Shown piece by piece: positions 60,123 to 64,000 of a stretch of 64,000 bases of DNA. The position numbers and the translations under genes were made by a program. The notes beneath the pieces were generated by a model. It ran no database searches. It saw only the letters and a program-made list of their open reading frames with translations, and had not been told where the DNA came from. Source of the DNA: an uncultured virus (IMG/VR IMGVR_UViG_3300025003_000394) (Duplodnaviria > Heunggongvirae > Uroviricota > Caudoviricetes); the IMG/VR virus record IMGVR_UViG_3300025003_000394. One strand, 5' to 3'. Numbering within the stretch: the first letter of the stretch is position 1; the number at the start of each line of letters is the position of its first letter.

Positions 60123-61574
60123 TCATTGTGATGACGGAAGTATATCTTGAAAGGAATTAATAATAAATTCTTCATCTTCTTCCTCAATAAATAATGAATA
60201 TATATAATTCTGAATATGCTCAATAACGTACTCATTTCTATTATTATGACGCAACAATTCATTATCATAATTTGATAGCAATATTTTATACTTATTATAA
60301 TTAGATACTAATGTTTTTTTTGTATCCGAAGATAAGGAATCATCAAGGGTTAATTCGGTATATTTATTTAAAATAAGATCGTTATATTTTTTTGTAATAA
60401 CGGTTATTTTTTGATTATTATTTTTAATATTAAAGAAGTCTTTTCCAGTAATATTATAGAAATGTTTAATGCTAAATCGATTACCAGAACTGCCCCATCC
60501 TTTAAGATGGGATAAGCTTTCAAGAAGTTCATTTTCATAGTTTGCACAAAAAATAAAATGTAAGTTATCTGGAATCCACAATGGAATACTAAGATCTTCT
60601 TCATTGAAAGTAGTTGTATTATATTTAAACTCATGTTGAATGATATGGCCTAATTTAATGAATTCTTCAATACTAAGGGATACCTTATCTTTATAATCTC
60701 GTATTAATTCAATAGGTACCTTTACCTTCTGATTGTCTTTAAAGATTGTTTTTAGAACGTTACCCAAGATGTTATCAAGGGAGAAAGTTCCTACTTCATC
60801 AGCAAATACAAAATAGTCACCTAAAGGGTTAAGCGTTGCACTAGTAATAGCCTTAATAATATTCCCAATAACAATATCACCCTTAATATTTTTGAATAAT
60901 AGATTTTTTTTCCACTCAAGAACATTATCATTATTTTGAAAGGAAAGCTCCCAATATTGATTTTCGCCAATAATTTGTTTAACAGTATAGGTTTTTCCAC
61001 TATTTGGGTTGGATAAAAATATAATATTTTTATTAATTTGACTATTTTTTTTAGTACTAATAATATTAGGTATGGTGAGTGTCGGTGAGTGGGTAGTAGT
61101 TGTATTTTTATCACTAACGACTATTGATGTGTCGTGAATGGGATTGTCGGTAAGTTTACGCTTATGCTCTTTTTTTGTGCCTTGTTCTATGACACAATCA
61201 AATCCTTTTAATTTAATGCTAAGTTGCTCAATAATGAGATGAAATCTATATATAAGTTTGTCTTCACTTTGAACAGTTTGAACCCCTATCTCATAGTCTC
61301 TTGATATAGTAAAAGTGTTATTATCTTTGTTTTGTTCAAAGTAGTCTTCATTAGGGAATGCTAAAAAAGGATGTGTTTTATGATTTGGAAAAATATGATC
61401 TCTAATTTTAATCATAATCGACATAACATTGTCTTCTGGGTATAGCCTGTTAATGACTTCAATAAAATTAATAAAGTTAATGAATACATCTTTAAAACTT
61501 GTTGGATAATATTCCCTTATTTCTCCTTTGTAGTAAAGTTTCAAAAAGTTTGGTGTGAAATTTTTTTTTGACAT
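60123..61574 (-). CDS. Degenerate McrB-like AAA+ NTPase
   Basis: NIIFLSNPNSGKTY, FVFADEV, LWIPDNLHFIFCAN resemble McrB motifs. Confidence 0.65.
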   Translation of the reverse strand: MSKKNFTPNFLKLYYKGEIREYYPTSFKDVFINFINFIEVINRLYPEDNVMSIMIKIRDHIFPNHKTHPFLAFPNEDYFEQNKDNNTFTISRDYEIGVQTVQSEDKLIYRFHLIIEQLSIKLKGFDCVIEQGTKKEHKRKLTDNPIHDTSIVVSDKNTTTTHSPTLTIPNIISTKKNSQINKNIIFLSNPNSGKTYTVKQIIGENQYWELSFQNNDNVLEWKKNLLFKNIKGDIVIGNIIKAITSATLNPLGDYFVFADEVGTFSLDNILGNVLKTIFKDNQKVKVPIELIRDYKDKVSLSIEEFIKLGHIIQHEFKYNTTTFNEEDLSIPLWIPDNLHFIFCANYENELLESLSHLKGWGSSGNRFSIKHFYNITGKDFFNIKNNNQKITVITKKYNDLILNKYTELTLDDSLSSDTKKTLVSNYNKYKILLSNYDNELLRHNNRNEYVIEHIQNYIYSLFIEEEDEEFIINSFQDILPSSQ

Positions 61575-61810
61575 ATATAAATCCTTTGATTTTATAGAAA
61601 TTATATATTGAAAAAAATAAAAAACAAGGTTGTTTTTTTGACTTTCAAAAGAAGGATAATTTACAGAAATCCATAGTGCTCTTTATCAATATCGATAGAA
61701 ATTATATATTGAGAAAAATAACTAAAAGCTATTATTTTTGTTGTAAAAATCCACGATACATGCTAATCTTTACAAGATTTTGAAATAAAAAATCAATAAA
61801 TAGTTGCTTA

Positions 61811-62085
61811 GTAAATCACCCATACCTAAAGGAATGGGATTGAAAAAGTCAACAAATTAAGGTGAGATCGTAAAATTATGGTTGACCCGACTCAGTGTTT
61901 GCATTTTTGCATTCACTACGTTAAGTAAGAATATATAGTGAGTTCGGAATGCTACTCCAGTTCCACAAACTCAGGATCTACGTTAAACAGTGACTTTTGG
62001 GTAAGAAGCAGTGCGTAGTTCAATAAACCTTATTTAACATTGTCTAGGAGTATTTTACCCTCGCAAGAGGTGTCCCGTTATGGGA
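61811..62085 (+). ncRNA. IscB omega-RNA scaffold (boundaries approximate)
   Basis: GTTGACCCGACTCAGTG..CACTACGTT..GGAATGCTACTCCAGTTCC..GTTAAACAG..CAGTG..AAACC..AACATTGTCTAGGAG..TTACCC upstream of a PLMP-type ORF. Confidence 0.75.
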
Positions 62086-62107
62086 AAATTCAACAAAAAG
62101 GAATAAT

Positions 62108-62272
62108 ATGCAGCGAGTATTAGTGTTAGACAAACATAAAAATTCATTAATGCCATGCACACCAGCAAGGGCAAGGATATTATTGTCTCAACATAAAGCT
62201 GCAGTGTTTAAGATCTATCCATTTACACTTATTTTAAAAAACAACACTCAATATAATAAATTAATTAACTAA
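62108..62272 (+). pseudogene. iscB: Truncated IscB (PLMP/RRXRR N-terminal 54 aa only)
   Basis: MQRVLVLDKHKNSLMPCTPARARILLSQHKAAVFKIYPFTLIL then stop; no RuvC or HNH. Confidence 0.85.
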
Positions 62273-62336
62273 AGGAGAGTGGTAAGGCAATTCATCCCCC
62301 CACATAAAGGATGGATTATCCTTGCCCTAAAAACTG

Positions 62337-63131
62337 ATGAACAAAATAAATATCAATAATATAAATAATGACTCCATTAAGTTATTGAAGTTAACAGAGC
62401 TATTAAAAGAAGAAAAAGAAAAAGGTTATTCTATTAAAGATATAAGCCATAAGAGATTTATTGCATTAATTAATAGTGTGACGTTTTTTTGGGCTACAGC
62501 ATTTTCGTTGGGGAATGAAGCGATTATTTCATATTCTTGGATAGCAATTTCATTTCTAATATTATCTGCAATAACTTTTTTATACTGGAATTATTATACA
62601 ACTTCATTTAAATATAGGTGGGAAAAATATAAGGAAGTGGGATTTGATAAAGAGTGGATTAATAGTAATACATTAGAACTAATTGAGGAATACGAATGTA
62701 AATTTAGAATATTTAATTATAGTTCATTGTCATTTATTATTAATTGGTTGGTAAAGGAAATAGAACCAACTGATGTTTGTGCTGTAAGAAAGTATCTAAT
62801 TGATCAAATATTAAAAAGGAAACAAAGGAGTGAGGGATTATTAAATCCAGTCATTGAAATAATGGAGATGACGAAGTTAATAGAGGGTAAAAATAATAAT
62901 TACTCTAAATTATATAAAGAATGGGTCGAAAATCTAATAAAAAAACTCAGTAATGATGATTTTATTGAAAATAAAAATAAGCTTGTAGATTTAGTAATGA
63001 ATATTAATGATATAGATTGTAAGAATGAATTACTAAAAATATTAGAAAATAAATTTAATGAAATAGGTTTAAATAAAATTAAAGAGATTGAGTTAGAAGA
63101 TAGATTTTTAAAAATAAAAAAAATGAATTAA
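62337..63131 (+). CDS. Two-TM membrane protein
   Basis: Two hydrophobic helices; LS..DF...K.....L..N..D...K.EL motif shared with 63159. Confidence 0.65.
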   Translation: MNKININNINNDSIKLLKLTELLKEEKEKGYSIKDISHKRFIALINSVTFFWATAFSLGNEAIISYSWIAISFLILSAITFLYWNYYTTSFKYRWEKYKEVGFDKEWINSNTLELIEEYECKFRIFNYSSLSFIINWLVKEIEPTDVCAVRKYLIDQILKRKQRSEGLLNPVIEIMEMTKLIEGKNNNYSKLYKEWVENLIKKLSNDDFIENKNKLVDLVMNINDIDCKNELLKILENKFNEIGLNKIKEIELEDRFLKIKKMN

Positions 63132-63158
63132 TTAATTGACTTAATTGGAGGTTGAAAG

Positions 63159-63944
63159 GTGGAGTATATATATAATTTAAATAAGGTTGAGGTGCATACC
63201 AATTTAATAGTAAAACTAATAAAAGATATTAATAAAATAGAGAAATGTAGTGGAAATATAAAGCATGAAGATGTTAAAGATTTTATTTGCATACTGGCTC
63301 TTATCGGGTTTTTTCCATTGGCAATAATTACGCATAACTTTGTAGGTCTGTATTTTCAATACATATCTATTCCAATGTTTATGATATCTGGATTATTGCT
63401 TTGGGAAGATATTTATGTGTCAAGTAATTTAAAAAAGATTGGTAAGGATTTTGGAGTTTGGTTTAAAAAAAGAAAATCGCGTAAATTACTGATGAGTAAT
63501 TTAAGTTTAATAAAAAATAACACTTTTATTTCTAGGGTGCAAGGATTAAAAGAATGTAGTGATGAATCAATAATAAGCGAAATTTTATATAATGAATTTA
63601 TAGGTAATAAAGATACTGACTTTAAGATTGCTGAAAATATATTCAATCATTTTGGTAAAGAAAATGAGAGGTATGTTAATCTTTATGGTCAAATATTAAA
63701 GCATTTAGTGAGATATTTAAGCGATTCTGACTTCTTAATACATAAAGATAATATAATAGGTTTGGCAATAAATTTAAGCGATTATAACCTAAAAATAGAA
63801 CTAACAAATCTTATAAAAAACAGAATAATGAAAATAGATTGTGATAAAAATAATAAGGTTAATGCAGATGTTGAGTTAAATAAACTTTTAAGTAAAAAAA
63901 TAGATAAAATAAAAAATAGAAAAACAGTAATTAAAATTTTATAA
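63159..63944 (+). CDS. Two-TM membrane protein, VIKIL tail
   Basis: GGAGG RBS, GTG start; related to 62337 and family A. Confidence 0.65.
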   Translation: MEYIYNLNKVEVHTNLIVKLIKDINKIEKCSGNIKHEDVKDFICILALIGFFPLAIITHNFVGLYFQYISIPMFMISGLLLWEDIYVSSNLKKIGKDFGVWFKKRKSRKLLMSNLSLIKNNTFISRVQGLKECSDESIISEILYNEFIGNKDTDFKIAENIFNHFGKENERYVNLYGQILKHLVRYLSDSDFLIHKDNIIGLAINLSDYNLKIELTNLIKNRIMKIDCDKNNKVNADVELNKLLSKKIDKIKNRKTVIKIL

Positions 63945-63961
63945 AATATTTTGGAGTTAAC

Positions 63962-64000
63962 ATGAGGATAAATACAGTGTCTGATATTATTGAGATTGAC
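63962..64000 (+). CDS. Start of a CDS running off the window end
   Basis: GGAG RBS then ATG AGG ATA AAT..., open to the end. Confidence 0.4.
   Translation, partial: MRINTVSDIIEID

Larger units (their letters stand above)
61811..62336 (+). mobile_element. Internally deleted IscB-type IS200/IS605 element
   Basis: Left-end hairpin CCCATACCTAAAGGAATGGG, omega-RNA-like segment, truncated iscB, right-end hairpin 62286-62326. Confidence 0.85.

Overview
Very AT-rich, gene-dense window with bacterial signals (TTGACA/TATAAT-type promoters, AGGA/GGAG RBSs, intrinsic terminators, standard code). There are no core chromosomal operons and no virion genes; it reads best as part of a jumbo phage or other giant mobile element, probably with a gammaproteobacterial host (inferred from the asnB and cytochrome c genes). 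The highlight is at 22.3-23.5 kb: two tandem promoter + Leu-rich leader peptide + hairpin + terminator modules, resembling ribosome-mediated attenuators, sit directly upstream of six tandem tRNA-Leu genes (anticodons TAA, TAA, AAG, TAG, TAG, CAA). This suggests a tRNA cassette induced when Leu codons are decoded poorly. Other notable items: about 25 otherwise diverse proteins (many ankyrin-like) share a C-terminal (K)-[IL]-x-x-F tail, and a second set shares a K-[VI]-K-x-[IV] tail; an NRPS-like A-T-R / NadR-like / GNAT / AsnB-like / Zn-dehydrogenase cluster; a degenerate McrBC-like pair; an AAA-BRCT + vWA pair; an internally deleted IscB element with its omega-RNA; four dispersed ~50-bp IS200/IS605-end-like repeats; and two candidate ncRNAs. 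All calls come from reading motifs by eye; no database searches were run.
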